From the NCBI GenBank assembly GCA_964504535.1, contig CAZDED010000006.1:6409-70408 (forward strand): DNA of 64,000 nucleotides. Direction: 5' to 3'. The translations under genes were made by a program, and so were the position numbers. Below the pieces are notes generated by a model. That model searched no databases. It was not told the origin of the DNA and saw nothing but the letters and a program-made list of their open reading frames with translations. This document shows, piece after piece, positions 19,127 to 28,889 of this stretch. Numbering within the stretch: the stretch's first letter is position 1; each line of letters starts with the position of its first letter. The DNA is from an uncultured Gammaproteobacteria bacterium. Lineage in GTDB: Bacteria; Patescibacteriota; Microgenomatia; Levybacterales; GWA1-39-11.

Positions 19127-20413
19127 ATGCCTTCCAGAACACGAACAGAAATAATCACATCAGTTATCGGGATTGGTAGAGTAGGATTCCCCCTTGCTTT
19201 AGTTCTTGCTGACGAAAAAAATTCAAAAGTTTTTGGAATTGGACGCGATGATGTTAAGATTTTAAAAATTAACTCCGGCAAAATGCCATTCATGGAAAAG
19301 GGGGCAGCACCACTTCTGAAAAAGCATGTTGGTAAGAATTTTTTTGCAACCACGGATTATTCATGCATCAACAAAAGCGATTTCATCATATTAACATTAG
19401 GTACTCCTGTTGATGAGAATATGAACCCGGTTTATTCACAAATAAATGAATCAATTATAAATTCTGTGCCATATTTCAAAGCAGGTCAAACGTTGATACT
19501 TCGAAGTACCGTGTCTCCGAGAACAACAAAGTATGTTCAGTCGCTTATTGAGGACAACACAAAATTAAAAATCGGAAAAGACTTTTTTGTTGCATTTTGT
19601 CCAGAAAGGATTTCAGAAGGCAATTCGATTGAAGAGATGAAATCCATACCGCAAATTATTGGAGCGGATGATAAAAAAAGCTTAAAAAAGGCCGACGGTT
19701 TTTTCAAAAGCATGAACATATCTACGATGTTAACTGACAGTGTATCTGCCGAATTGTCAAAATTATTTACAAACATGTATCGGTATATAAATTTCGCAGT
19801 AGCAAACGAATTTATGGTGTTGGCACATAATTACCACAGGGATATCTACGAAATAGTAAATCTTGTTAACTATAAATACAAAAGAGGTGGACTTACCATG
19901 CCTGGCCTTACTGCCGGACCATGTCTTTTTAAGGATGGTTTTTTCTTAATTTCAGATCTTCCTTATGCTGATCTTATTTCGACAAGTTGGAAAATAAATG
20001 AATCAATGCCGATGTTTTTGATAAGGCTGGTACGTGAGCGTATGAAACTGAAAAATAAAAAAGCAGTAATACTGGGATTGGCGTTCAAAGCAGAGATTGA
20101 TGACATCCGGGAATCACTGAGCTTCAAGGTTAGGCATGCGCTGCTTCGTGAAAGAGCAGAAGTAGTACTTCACGACCCGTATGTCAAGGAATATGAAAAG
20201 CAAAAGATAGAGAAGGATGTATATGAAGCGGTTAAAGATGCTGACATTTTATTCATCGCTACAAATCACAATGTATACAAAAAATTGGATATCAAAAAAA
20301 TTAAGAGTCTCGTTAAGAAAAATTGCATCGTCTGCGATGTGTGGAATGTGCTCGGAACAGGAAAGATTGTGTATCGAATTAATAACGTTAATGAGGAAAT
20401 AGCATTAACTTAA
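19127..20413 (+). CDS. nucleotide-sugar dehydrogenase (UDP-glucose/UDP-ManNAc dehydrogenase family)
   Basis: An N-terminal NAD-binding domain (GIGRVGFPLALVLAD), a central domain with the catalytic Cys region (GPCLFKD) and a C-terminal UDP-binding domain are present. The 428-aa size fits the family. Confidence 0.8.
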   Translation: MPSRTRTEIITSVIGIGRVGFPLALVLADEKNSKVFGIGRDDVKILKINSGKMPFMEKGAAPLLKKHVGKNFFATTDYSCINKSDFIILTLGTPVDENMNPVYSQINESIINSVPYFKAGQTLILRSTVSPRTTKYVQSLIEDNTKLKIGKDFFVAFCPERISEGNSIEEMKSIPQIIGADDKKSLKKADGFFKSMNISTMLTDSVSAELSKLFTNMYRYINFAVANEFMVLAHNYHRDIYEIVNLVNYKYKRGGLTMPGLTAGPCLFKDGFFLISDLPYADLISTSWKINESMPMFLIRLVRERMKLKNKKAVILGLAFKAEIDDIRESLSFKVRHALLRERAEVVLHDPYVKEYEKQKIEKDVYEAVKDADILFIATNHNVYKKLDIKKIKSLVKKNCIVCDVWNVLGTGKIVYRINNVNEEIALT

Positions 20414-20414
20414 T

Positions 20415-21179
20415 TTACAGACCAAGGCCGATTTTTATGATGGTCTGAAGGAAAAGAAACCCATCTTTAATAGGCATAAGTTTTGTTGCTCCTGACATTC
20501 TTTTCTTGTAAGTAATCGGAATATTTTTTATTTTATATTTTTTCTGTGCTGCTTTAATAATTACTTCTGCCTCATACCCGTAATGATCTTCTTTCATGTC
20601 GATATCTTTCAGAACTTTCGTCTTAAACCCTTTAAAACCGGCAAGCATGTCAGTCACTCTTTGTCCGGCTGCAATAGAAGTTGCAATTGATAATAGATGA
20701 ATTCCAAATTGTCGGAACGGAGTTACAGAATCTTTTGAGACTTTTGCACCCTTCTCGTATCGTGTTGCCAATGCTACATCATAACCATTTTGTAAAGCAT
20801 CCATAAATTTTGGGATATCAAACGGCATAAATTGATAATCTGCATCTATTTGAATAACGTAATCCCCCTTAATAAATTTTGTTGCTTTCCGGAGAGCATA
20901 GCCTTTCCCTTTCCATTTGCCTGTTTGAATAACAGTAGCACCCGTTTTTTTTGCAACGGCAGCAGTGTTGTCGGTTGTCTTACTATCAAGTACTACCAGG
21001 ACTTGGAGATCATACAGTTTTTTAAGTTTGAAACATTCCGCGAGCGTTTTGCCAATAACTTTCTCTTCATTGAGAGCGGCCATCGTGATGGTTACATGAG
21101 GTTTTTTATGTACGATTTTTTTCATTGTTGGTATTATAACAAAAAAATTCAAAAGAAGAACACGCTTGAAAAAATCCAT
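20415..21179 (-). CDS. GT2 polyprenyl-phosphate glycosyltransferase (DPM1-like)
   Basis: The VTITMAALNEEKVIGK...VLVVLDSKTTDNT motif is present. The true start may be the internal Met (MKKIV, about 21125), which would leave a divergent promoter region. Confidence 0.7.
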   Translation of the reverse strand: MDFFKRVLLLNFFVIIPTMKKIVHKKPHVTITMAALNEEKVIGKTLAECFKLKKLYDLQVLVVLDSKTTDNTAAVAKKTGATVIQTGKWKGKGYALRKATKFIKGDYVIQIDADYQFMPFDIPKFMDALQNGYDVALATRYEKGAKVSKDSVTPFRQFGIHLLSIATSIAAGQRVTDMLAGFKGFKTKVLKDIDMKEDHYGYEAEVIIKAAQKKYKIKNIPITYKKRMSGATKLMPIKDGFLFLQTIIKIGLGL

Positions 21180-22211
21180 ATGATAGAATATAACACTCCT
21201 ATGGTAGCATCAAAAAACAATCTAATACAAAGAAAGAAAATCTTTTTAACTGGTGGAACAGGCTCTTTTGGAAAGATGTTAGTAAGAGAACTTCTCAAAT
21301 TTAATCCATCTGAAATAATAGTATTTAGTAGAGACGAAGTAAAGCAGGGGCTGATGCGTCTTGAATACAAAAATGAAAAAAAAATTAGATTTATTCTTGG
21401 CGATGTTAGGGATTACCGAAGTGTAAGAGAGGCTATACGAGGTGTTGATATCATAATTCATGCTGCAGCATTAAAATGGATTACTGAGGTTGAGTATAAT
21501 GTTTGGGAGGGAGTCAAAACAAATGTTTTGGGTGCTCAAAATATTATAGAAGCCGCAAAAGATGAAAATGTTGCAAAAGTTGTGGCATTGTCTACCGATA
21601 AAGCTGTCGAGCCTATTAATGCATATGGGATGTCAAAAGCACTACAAGAACGGTTAATGACTACGGCAAATTTATATGAAACTAATTCAAAAACAATATT
21701 TGTATCGACGAGATACGGAAACGTATTAGGTTCAAGAGGATCTGTCGTTCCATTGTTTCGGTCACTTATTGACAATTCAAAGCCTCTCACAATCACAGAT
21801 CCACGTATGACCAGATTTATGATAACGCTTAAAGAAAGTGTTGACCTCGTTTTAACTGCACTAAAAGAGGGTGTTGGCGGGGAAGTATTCGTAAGAAAAA
21901 TGCCTGCACACACCATTTCTGATCTGGCGGATATCATGATGGATGGCAATAATAAAAAAAATAAAATTGTTACTATTGGGGTTAGACCAGGAGAGAAAAT
22001 TCACGAAACTCTTGTTAGCGTCTCGGAATCTGTCAGAACTGTTGAGACCGGCAATTATTATGTAATCCTGCCACAAATAGAAATCGATTCCGTTAAGAAG
22101 AAATATAAGAAAATGAAGAGATTAAAACCATTTCATTATTCTTCTGACACAACTGTTCAGCTGTCAAAAAAAGAGCTTACAAAAATGCTCAGAAGTGAAG
22201 GTTGGATCTAA
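21180..22211 (+). CDS. UDP-GlcNAc 4,6-dehydratase-like (PseB/CapD/FlaA1 family)
   Basis: The GGTGSFGK glycine motif and the STDKAVEPINAYGMSK motif are characteristic of PseB/CapD. The first 116 codons of the six-frame ORF run antisense to the neighbouring GT2 and are rejected. The start is the ATG at 21180 or 21201. Confidence 0.75.
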   Translation: MIEYNTPMVASKNNLIQRKKIFLTGGTGSFGKMLVRELLKFNPSEIIVFSRDEVKQGLMRLEYKNEKKIRFILGDVRDYRSVREAIRGVDIIIHAAALKWITEVEYNVWEGVKTNVLGAQNIIEAAKDENVAKVVALSTDKAVEPINAYGMSKALQERLMTTANLYETNSKTIFVSTRYGNVLGSRGSVVPLFRSLIDNSKPLTITDPRMTRFMITLKESVDLVLTALKEGVGGEVFVRKMPAHTISDLADIMMDGNNKKNKIVTIGVRPGEKIHETLVSVSESVRTVETGNYYVILPQIEIDSVKKKYKKMKRLKPFHYSSDTTVQLSKKELTKMLRSEGWI

Positions 22212-22213
22212 AA

Positions 22214-23104
22214 ATGTTTTATCATAAAAACATCGCGGTTACAGGTGCATCAGGCTTTTTAGGTAGAGTAGTTCTGAGAAAATTAATTCAAAAAGGCTAT
22301 CGGGTAACAGTCCTCGACTCAAGTGGCTCAACGTATCCCGAAGGGGTTCAGGTTGTGTCAGGGAATCTTTTTAAAAAAACAGATTATAGCAAGCTAACTG
22401 CCAACTCCACAGTTCTTATTCATTTAGCGGGACAAATTGAGCAAGGCAAGACAACTATGCTGCAGGGCAACACAGATACTACAAGAAATCTTTTGCGTAG
22501 CCTTTCAAAAAGTCCAATCAAAAAAATAATTTTTGCGTCCTCTGTTGCAGTTTATGGTAGCTCTCAAACAAAAATATTTGATGAGAGTGCTACCTGTAAG
22601 CCTGACACAGAGTATGGGAAAAGTAAATTAAGAGCAGAAAAATTGATAGTGAATTGGAGTAGCAGAAATGATAAAAAATATGCAATCTTAAGATTCTTCA
22701 GTCTGTACGGATATGAGAATAGAAAAGGGTTTGTCTATAAACTTTTTATGCATTTATTTGATTCGTCAGAGGTTCTTATCACAGGAGACGGCAAACAGGA
22801 GCGCGATCTAGTTTGGGTTGAAGATGCCGCTGACGCTATAATTCTGGCTCTCAAAAGGAATGTTTCGGGAGTTTACAATATTGGAACAGGAAAGAATTAT
22901 AGTTTGCTCAGGATCATTGATCTCATGGAAAAAATTGCAAACAAGAAATGCCATATAAAATTCGTTATGGGTGACAAGGAAAAGGTGGCGAATATATACT
23001 ATCGCTCTGAGAAAATTCGTAAAGCCGGATGGCGCCCCAAAATACTTCCCGAGAAGGGATTGATTTTGCTCTTCAACGAGGTATTCAAACCGATGTCTTC
23101 CTAA
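22214..23104 (+). CDS. NAD-dependent sugar epimerase/reductase (SDR)
   Basis: The TGASGFLG glycine motif and YGKSK are present. The start is the ATG at 22214, because the 22202 position is a TTG inside the upstream gene. Confidence 0.7.
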   Translation: MFYHKNIAVTGASGFLGRVVLRKLIQKGYRVTVLDSSGSTYPEGVQVVSGNLFKKTDYSKLTANSTVLIHLAGQIEQGKTTMLQGNTDTTRNLLRSLSKSPIKKIIFASSVAVYGSSQTKIFDESATCKPDTEYGKSKLRAEKLIVNWSSRNDKKYAILRFFSLYGYENRKGFVYKLFMHLFDSSEVLITGDGKQERDLVWVEDAADAIILALKRNVSGVYNIGTGKNYSLLRIIDLMEKIANKKCHIKFVMGDKEKVANIYYRSEKIRKAGWRPKILPEKGLILLFNEVFKPMSS

Positions 23105-24401
23105 ATACTTTTGCTACTACTAATGCTATTGTAAATACCGCTAAAGGTGCTAAGTGTAACAAGAGTTTGTTTGAAATAGCATCGATTTGCGACACTGGAC
23201 TTCGAGGAAGTATTAGAAAAATACAAACATAAAAGAATATTTGAAAAAATAAGAACAAGGGGATTAAAATACGCGATTTCAATTGCTTTATATATATAAA
23301 AACGCAAAAGAAGAATACGATCCACATGAGATTCCAATTCTGGATGTTTCCAAACTCCTTAAAAAAATGCAAAATGATTACTGGTAGTCTTTCGATATGA
23401 AGTTCAATCCCATTTCTGAATAAAAAGTTTGGGTGAAGGCTGTTAATTTTCTTGAACAATTCCCATGTAAATATGATTGATGGCAGTGGGGCAAGCAGAA
23501 GAAATCTGCTATATTTTTTCTCTTTTAGTATTTTATATATTACAACGCATGTTGAAAGCAGAATAAAAGGCATAGTATCATTTTTGATTTGACTTGCGAT
23601 TCCGAGGAGCAAAGCAAGAAGAAAAAGAATTCTGTTTGAATTAAGCTTGAGGAAGTCAAGTAGGACAACTGCTCCTGAAAAAATATAAAAACCAACCATC
23701 AAATCTGCCTGACCTGCCTCGTATCTTCCTCCATGTCGTATCAAATTCTGCGATCCGAGCAAAAGTAGTGTAAAAAGTAGTGCAATCCTCCTGCCGGTAA
23801 AATCTCTGATCGAGCTATAGAAAAGTATTCCAAGTGCTACATAGAAAACATAATAAAAAAGTAGTATTGCCGTATCGTCAATTTCGCCGATTGTAATATA
23901 CCCAATGGAGGTGGCTAGGGGAACTATTAATGGATAAGAGTCTGTCGTGTAAGCAAAATAATAGTTATCAATTCCTCCGTTTAGATAAAAAACATTTGCT
24001 CTAAAAACCCAGTTGTCCCACCCATCCCAAGCTTGTATCGGCCTCATAACTGATTCTATTCCTACAAAAAGCACGAGGGCTACAAGAAGAAACATAAGCG
24101 CTTTCTCAGCTCTTCCTATAAACTCTAATTTAAAGTATGAAGTGTAGCTATATAATCTATTTTTCAGGAAAAAATAACATATAAATATAACCCATGGGGT
24201 AAGAATGATGCCGTAGTTCCATTTTGTTCCAATCACAGACAAAATAAACATTTCGATGCCTATAAAACCAAATCCAAGCGCGTACGAAAGTGCAATTTTC
24301 TTTAAAAATGAGTACGATTTATGAAATAGCCAGGTCTTACCAGTGGTGTAGCCGATTAAAAAAATCATCACAATATCAAATATAACAATCAAAATATTCA
24401 T
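23085..24401 (-). CDS. polytopic membrane protein, probable GT-C-like glycosyltransferase
   Basis: The 438-aa protein has at least 11 TM helices and extracytoplasmic aromatic/acidic loops, similar to the other GT-C candidates in this island. Confidence 0.4.
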   Translation of the reverse strand: MNILIVIFDIVMIFLIGYTTGKTWLFHKSYSFLKKIALSYALGFGFIGIEMFILSVIGTKWNYGIILTPWVIFICYFFLKNRLYSYTSYFKLEFIGRAEKALMFLLVALVLFVGIESVMRPIQAWDGWDNWVFRANVFYLNGGIDNYYFAYTTDSYPLIVPLATSIGYITIGEIDDTAILLFYYVFYVALGILFYSSIRDFTGRRIALLFTLLLLGSQNLIRHGGRYEAGQADLMVGFYIFSGAVVLLDFLKLNSNRILFLLALLLGIASQIKNDTMPFILLSTCVVIYKILKEKKYSRFLLLAPLPSIIFTWELFKKINSLHPNFLFRNGIELHIERLPVIILHFFKEFGNIQNWNLMWIVFFFCVFIYIKQLKSRILIPLFLFFQIFFYVCIFLILPRSPVSQIDAISNKLLLHLAPLAVFTIALVVAKVFRKTSV

Positions 24402-24865
24402 TTTTTATAGATAATACCTTTTGTTGAGCCTTTTACTTTAAATTCTTTCAGTTTTGTATAAGTTATCCCATTAACAACTTTCTTTTCTTCGTATAAAGAA
24501 TTGGTGGTTGGGTAGAAAATTGCATAGGAATAGGTTCTGTTGATGTCGTTTCCCCACTCGGTAAATTGTCTTTCACCCCATATGACAGTTGTGGGGTACA
24601 AGAAATACCTGGCCAAATAGTAAGCCATGCCATCATTAGTAAACAGTATAATATTTGATTTATCTTTGATGTTTTCCTTAACAAACATGAAAAAAACATA
24701 TCTTTCCCCAAACTGTTTTTCTTTTTTTTGTTCGTCACTCAGAAATATCCAACGAGTCTCTTCTGTGTAAAGTTTTGAAAAATTAAAAGCTATTCGAAAA
24801 AAAGTCAAGACAATCCAAAGCCCTATTAAAATTAACAAAACAAATTTAAAATTTCTTTTCCCCAT
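24398..24865 (-). CDS. hypothetical membrane-anchored protein
   Basis: It has a single N-terminal TM segment and its start overlaps the downstream gene by 4 bp. There is no recognisable domain. Confidence 0.4.
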   Translation of the reverse strand: MGKRNFKFVLLILIGLWIVLTFFRIAFNFSKLYTEETRWIFLSDEQKKEKQFGERYVFFMFVKENIKDKSNIILFTNDGMAYYLARYFLYPTTVIWGERQFTEWGNDINRTYSYAIFYPTTNSLYEEKKVVNGITYTKLKEFKVKGSTKGIIYKK

Positions 24866-24899
24866 AAACTAAATAGTGTTTGTATGATATTATACAAAA

Positions 24900-25592
24900 A
24901 TGGCAAAAGATACCATTTCGGTGATAGTTCCTGCATATAATGAAGAAAAAAACATAGCGTCTGTAATAAAAGAATTATCAAAGCTTCGGCATGACTACAA
25001 AGTCGAAATTATTGTTATCGACGACGCCTCAAAAGACGGAACTGCAGAGATTGCAAAGAATGAGGGTGCGGATAAAGTAATTTCTCATAAAAAAAATAAA
25101 GGAAAAGGTGGAGCCTTCAAAACCGGACTTTCTCATGCTACAAAAGAATTTATCGTACAATTTGATGCTGATGGTCAACTGAAAGCATCAGATATCCCAA
25201 AATTGATCAATGCATTAAAAGGTGGTGCGGATATTGTTCTTGGAGCCCGGTATAGTCTGAAAAATATTTTTAAATCATCAAAAGGGGTGCAAACAAACCT
25301 CTTTGGAAATATTTTTGTTTCATTTATTGCAACTATTTTTTCAGGAAAATATATTATTGATGTAATGACGGGGCTTAAAGCATTCAAAAAAAGTACAATC
25401 AAAAAAATTATTCCGCACGCAAATGATTTTGCATATGAGGCGGAAGTAGTAGTAAGGGCCTCACAGAACGATTTGAAAATTAGCACTGTTCCAATTTCGT
25501 GTCGTCAAAGAAAAAGTGGTAAGTCTTATCTGAGCCCCTATAAGCATGGGTTTTCTGTTATTAGAACAATAATAATGACAGCTACTTCTTAA
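24900..25592 (+). CDS. GT2 polyprenyl-phosphate glycosyltransferase (DPM1-like)
   Basis: ISVIVPAYNEEKNI...IIVIDDASKDGT and a downstream DAD motif are present. Confidence 0.75.
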   Translation: MAKDTISVIVPAYNEEKNIASVIKELSKLRHDYKVEIIVIDDASKDGTAEIAKNEGADKVISHKKNKGKGGAFKTGLSHATKEFIVQFDADGQLKASDIPKLINALKGGADIVLGARYSLKNIFKSSKGVQTNLFGNIFVSFIATIFSGKYIIDVMTGLKAFKKSTIKKIIPHANDFAYEAEVVVRASQNDLKISTVPISCRQRKSGKSYLSPYKHGFSVIRTIIMTATS

Positions 25593-25613
25593 AAAATAGG
25601 TTAAAATACTAGT

Positions 25614-26312
25614 ATGAGTAAATACGCAGGAGTTCAAACATTGGAAGTTCTTGAAGGTGCTGAGAATTATAATAAATGGATTGCCTCAAGGTTGAAACCC
25701 TTCTTAAAAAGTCCTTCATTGGAAATTGGTGCAGGCACCGGAAATATTTCCGAATATATGACAGGCTTTAAAGAGCTGGTTCTCACAGACATTGATAGCA
25801 TATTAGTTGATTCGTTAGCGAAAAAATTCAAAAAAAATAAAAAAATAAAAGTTGAATTGTTTAATGCAGCATCAAATCTGGGTAAAATCAGTAATAAATT
25901 TAAATCTATTTATGGTGTTAACGTCCTGGAACATATTGAGAATGATCAAAAGGCATTAAAAAACTTACATAGATTACTTGAGAGTTCAGGCAAACTTGTT
26001 CTACTTGTCCCTGCGAAGAGGATAGCATATAACGAGCTAGATAGGAGTCTTGGACATTATAGACGCTATGAGAAAGATGAGTTAAGAGAGAAATTGATGA
26101 GCGCCGGCTTTCATGTTGATGAATTAGAATTTTTTAATATGGTAGGTTTATTGAGTTGGATCGTAAGAAATTATATTAGTAAAAATCATGGCAAACTTGA
26201 AAAATCTCAGGTAAAATCTTTTAATTGGGTAGTACCGGTGTTAAAAGCTATTGAGCCCAAGAAGGGACTGCCCTTTGGGATTTCTCTTATAGCTGTCGCT
26301 TCAAAGAAGTAA
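25614..26312 (+). CDS. class I SAM-dependent methyltransferase
   Basis: The SAM-binding motif LEIGAGTGNIS and the Methyltransf_11-like motif GVNVLEHIEND are present. Confidence 0.7.
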   Translation: MSKYAGVQTLEVLEGAENYNKWIASRLKPFLKSPSLEIGAGTGNISEYMTGFKELVLTDIDSILVDSLAKKFKKNKKIKVELFNAASNLGKISNKFKSIYGVNVLEHIENDQKALKNLHRLLESSGKLVLLVPAKRIAYNELDRSLGHYRRYEKDELREKLMSAGFHVDELEFFNMVGLLSWIVRNYISKNHGKLEKSQVKSFNWVVPVLKAIEPKKGLPFGISLIAVASKK

Positions 26313-28138
26313 TGGAAAAATTGCATCTTATTTTAGAATCAGTAACTGATTTACAAAAAGATTTTATTGGTGTATTCTTCGACCCCGAATTCTTTCTAAA
26401 GCAAACAGTTTTTTTCCTATATGTTTTACTCTTGTTTTATGTAATGTATGGTTCCGGAAGAGTCTTGGTGCGTCTTTTTTTTGATAAATCATACGACAGC
26501 CGATTAACCCATTTCATTAATTTTGCATTGGGATACTCTCTTTTAAGCAATCTCATGTTCATTTTGGGTCTTTTCGGGATTCTAACCGAATTAAACATTC
26601 TTATAGTTCTGCTTTTTTTAACAGCAATCTCAATATGGACTTTCATAAAATGGCCTATTAGGTTTTATCTTCAGATTCCAAAAAAAAATAATTGGTTAAA
26701 AATTCTCTGTCTGGTTTTTATTTCAATTGCTTTATTAAGACTAATTCCACCGCAAACAGCAGGAGATCCTCTTGATTATCATCTCCGATTTCCAAGAATC
26801 TACATAGCTGAGCACACTATTATGATTCCAGCCCTTGGAGACGAGAGTTATACCACTGTTCCTCATCTTCCTGAGCTTTTGTACATACTAACGCAATTTG
26901 TTAGCAATGGGCTTATGACACATGTAGTTCACTTTGGATTCTTTGTGCTAGTATTTTTTCTTCTTTATAAAGTCAATTTTATGAACAAAAATGATACAAG
27001 AGGAAGCACATTGTCAGCGCTTATGTTTGCTAGTGCCCCCCTAATGCTCCAACTTGGTACCCAAGCATTCAGTGATTTTCCAGCGCTGTATTGTTTTCTG
27101 TTATCTGTGGGAATTCTGTTGACATCAAAACTTCAGAAAAAAAACATAGTGCTAAGTGGAATATTGTTGGGGGTTTCCTTAGCTAGCAAAATATGGATTT
27201 TATTTTATTACCCGTTTGCGATATTGTTTCTTATATTATTACTAAGGAAAGAGACTTTTAGAAAAATCCTAAAAAAAACAGCTCTTTTTGTATTTAGTTC
27301 TCTTGCCATTGTTCTCCCTTGGTATATAAGAGCAATAGTGTTGGTGGGGGACCCGTTTTATGTGAATACGTCTCAAGGACAAGTTGCACAAACCTATTCA
27401 CACACAGCAATGTTTTTGAGGAATTTTACATGGGCAGGATTTAGTGAAAAATTTAACTTTACTATCGAATATGGCCTTTTTATAGTAATCGGTCTCTTTT
27501 CACTATTTCTCATGAAGAAAAAAGATATTTTTAAATATAAAAAATTCTTACTGTTGTTGATTTTGCTGATCGTGCCAGTAATATTTTTCCCCCTCGGGCT
27601 TGGAAGAGGAAGGTATTCTTTGCCCTACATGCTTTTAGCATACCAATTGGCTGCCGTTGGATTGGTCTTTGTTATGAGGAACTTCTTAATAAAACTTCTT
27701 GTGCTGTTGCTTTTTTTCGTTCTTTCTTTATATTACCTCTTCAATACATTTGTAATACTCCCGTATGGATTGGGGTGGGCTAACAGTGACAATTTTTTGC
27801 GCAAAAACCTCGCCAAGGATTATGCATCATATTATGATTTTAACGGGCAATTTACCAGAAATATTGATAAGAATGAGACGGTAACCAACTACGGTGTTTA
27901 TGAGTTGTACTATGCTGATTTTAAATACAAAAATGTCTTTTATTTTATTAATCAGGATACACATGTATTCAAACTGCCTGAAAACATTCACAAATTATTA
28001 ATAAGAGGGGGAGATTTCTCATGGCTTTGCAATTCTCTCAAAATAAAAAACTGTTCTGAATATTCTGTACGCTTAATAACAAGCGACTTGCGTACAAAGC
28101 AATATCTATATAACATAAAATATGACCCCAACAACTAA
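26312..28138 (+). CDS. GT-C-type polytopic membrane glycosyltransferase
   Basis: The 608-aa protein has about 13 TM helices and a DPLDYH loop after the first TM. It is paralogous to the 29645 gene (DSLWYH). Confidence 0.5.
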   Translation: MEKLHLILESVTDLQKDFIGVFFDPEFFLKQTVFFLYVLLLFYVMYGSGRVLVRLFFDKSYDSRLTHFINFALGYSLLSNLMFILGLFGILTELNILIVLLFLTAISIWTFIKWPIRFYLQIPKKNNWLKILCLVFISIALLRLIPPQTAGDPLDYHLRFPRIYIAEHTIMIPALGDESYTTVPHLPELLYILTQFVSNGLMTHVVHFGFFVLVFFLLYKVNFMNKNDTRGSTLSALMFASAPLMLQLGTQAFSDFPALYCFLLSVGILLTSKLQKKNIVLSGILLGVSLASKIWILFYYPFAILFLILLLRKETFRKILKKTALFVFSSLAIVLPWYIRAIVLVGDPFYVNTSQGQVAQTYSHTAMFLRNFTWAGFSEKFNFTIEYGLFIVIGLFSLFLMKKKDIFKYKKFLLLLILLIVPVIFFPLGLGRGRYSLPYMLLAYQLAAVGLVFVMRNFLIKLLVLLLFFVLSLYYLFNTFVILPYGLGWANSDNFLRKNLAKDYASYYDFNGQFTRNIDKNETVTNYGVYELYYADFKYKNVFYFINQDTHVFKLPENIHKLLIRGGDFSWLCNSLKIKNCSEYSVRLITSDLRTKQYLYNIKYDPNN

Positions 28139-28889
28139 CTTAAGTATTGTTGTTCTGACACATAACGACGAAGAACATTTAGTCGATTGTTTGGAATTAT
28201 TAAATTTTGGGGATGAACTAATCGTCATAGATGATGAGTCAACTGACCGAACTATTGATATAGCCAGAAATTATACAAAAAATGTTTTTATTCGTCCCCT
28301 AAACAACAATTTTTCCAATCAGCGCAATTTTGCGCTTAATAATACGCATGGGAACTGGGTATTGTTCATAGATTCAGATGAGTTTGTAACCGAGAAACTG
28401 AAAGATGAAATTTTATCAAAGACTAAAGGAAGGGAAGGATCGGGTTTTTACTTAAAAAGAATTGATTTTATGTGGGGCAAAAAAATCCTTCATGGCGAGG
28501 TGGGGGAAGTACGATTGCTGCGACTGGCAAAAAGAGATTCCGGAAAATGGCACGGAAAAGTTCATGAGGAATGGAAAGTTACTGGAGCAACAGATACCTT
28601 GATAAACCCATTAATACATGCACCTCATCAGTCGGTTAGAGAATTTATAAAAGAAGTTGATTTATACTCGACCCTCAGGGCAGTTGAATTGAGTGAAGCA
28701 AATAGTAACTCAAACTTTTTTTTGATTTTTATGTATCCCTTTGGAAAATTTGTAAAAAACTATTTTTTCAAACAGGGCTATAAAGATGGGATAGCTGGAT
28801 TTATATATGCAATGATCATGAGCTTCCACTCTTTTCTAGTTCGTGGAAAGTTATATCTTGGAAAAACGGATACGGAGAAGATCTCTTAA
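28122..28889 (+). CDS. glycosyltransferase family 2
   Basis: LSIVVLTHNDEEHL...LIVIDDESTDRT and DSDE motifs are present. Confidence 0.75.
   Translation: MTPTTNLSIVVLTHNDEEHLVDCLELLNFGDELIVIDDESTDRTIDIARNYTKNVFIRPLNNNFSNQRNFALNNTHGNWVLFIDSDEFVTEKLKDEILSKTKGREGSGFYLKRIDFMWGKKILHGEVGEVRLLRLAKRDSGKWHGKVHEEWKVTGATDTLINPLIHAPHQSVREFIKEVDLYSTLRAVELSEANSNSNFFLIFMYPFGKFVKNYFFKQGYKDGIAGFIYAMIMSFHSFLVRGKLYLGKTDTEKIS

Noticed and set aside
20832-21179. A 116-codon N-terminal extension of the PseB-like ORF as given in the six-frame track.
   Set aside because: It runs antisense through the conserved GT2 gene on the other strand. PseB/CapD homology begins at MIEYNTPMVASK...GGTGSFGK, so the real start is 21180 or 21201.
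22202-22213. A TTG start (MDLK) for the SDR gene at 22202.
   Set aside because: It lies inside the upstream PseB-like gene, and the ATG at 22214 gives the canonical MFYHKNIAVTGASGFLG N-terminus.
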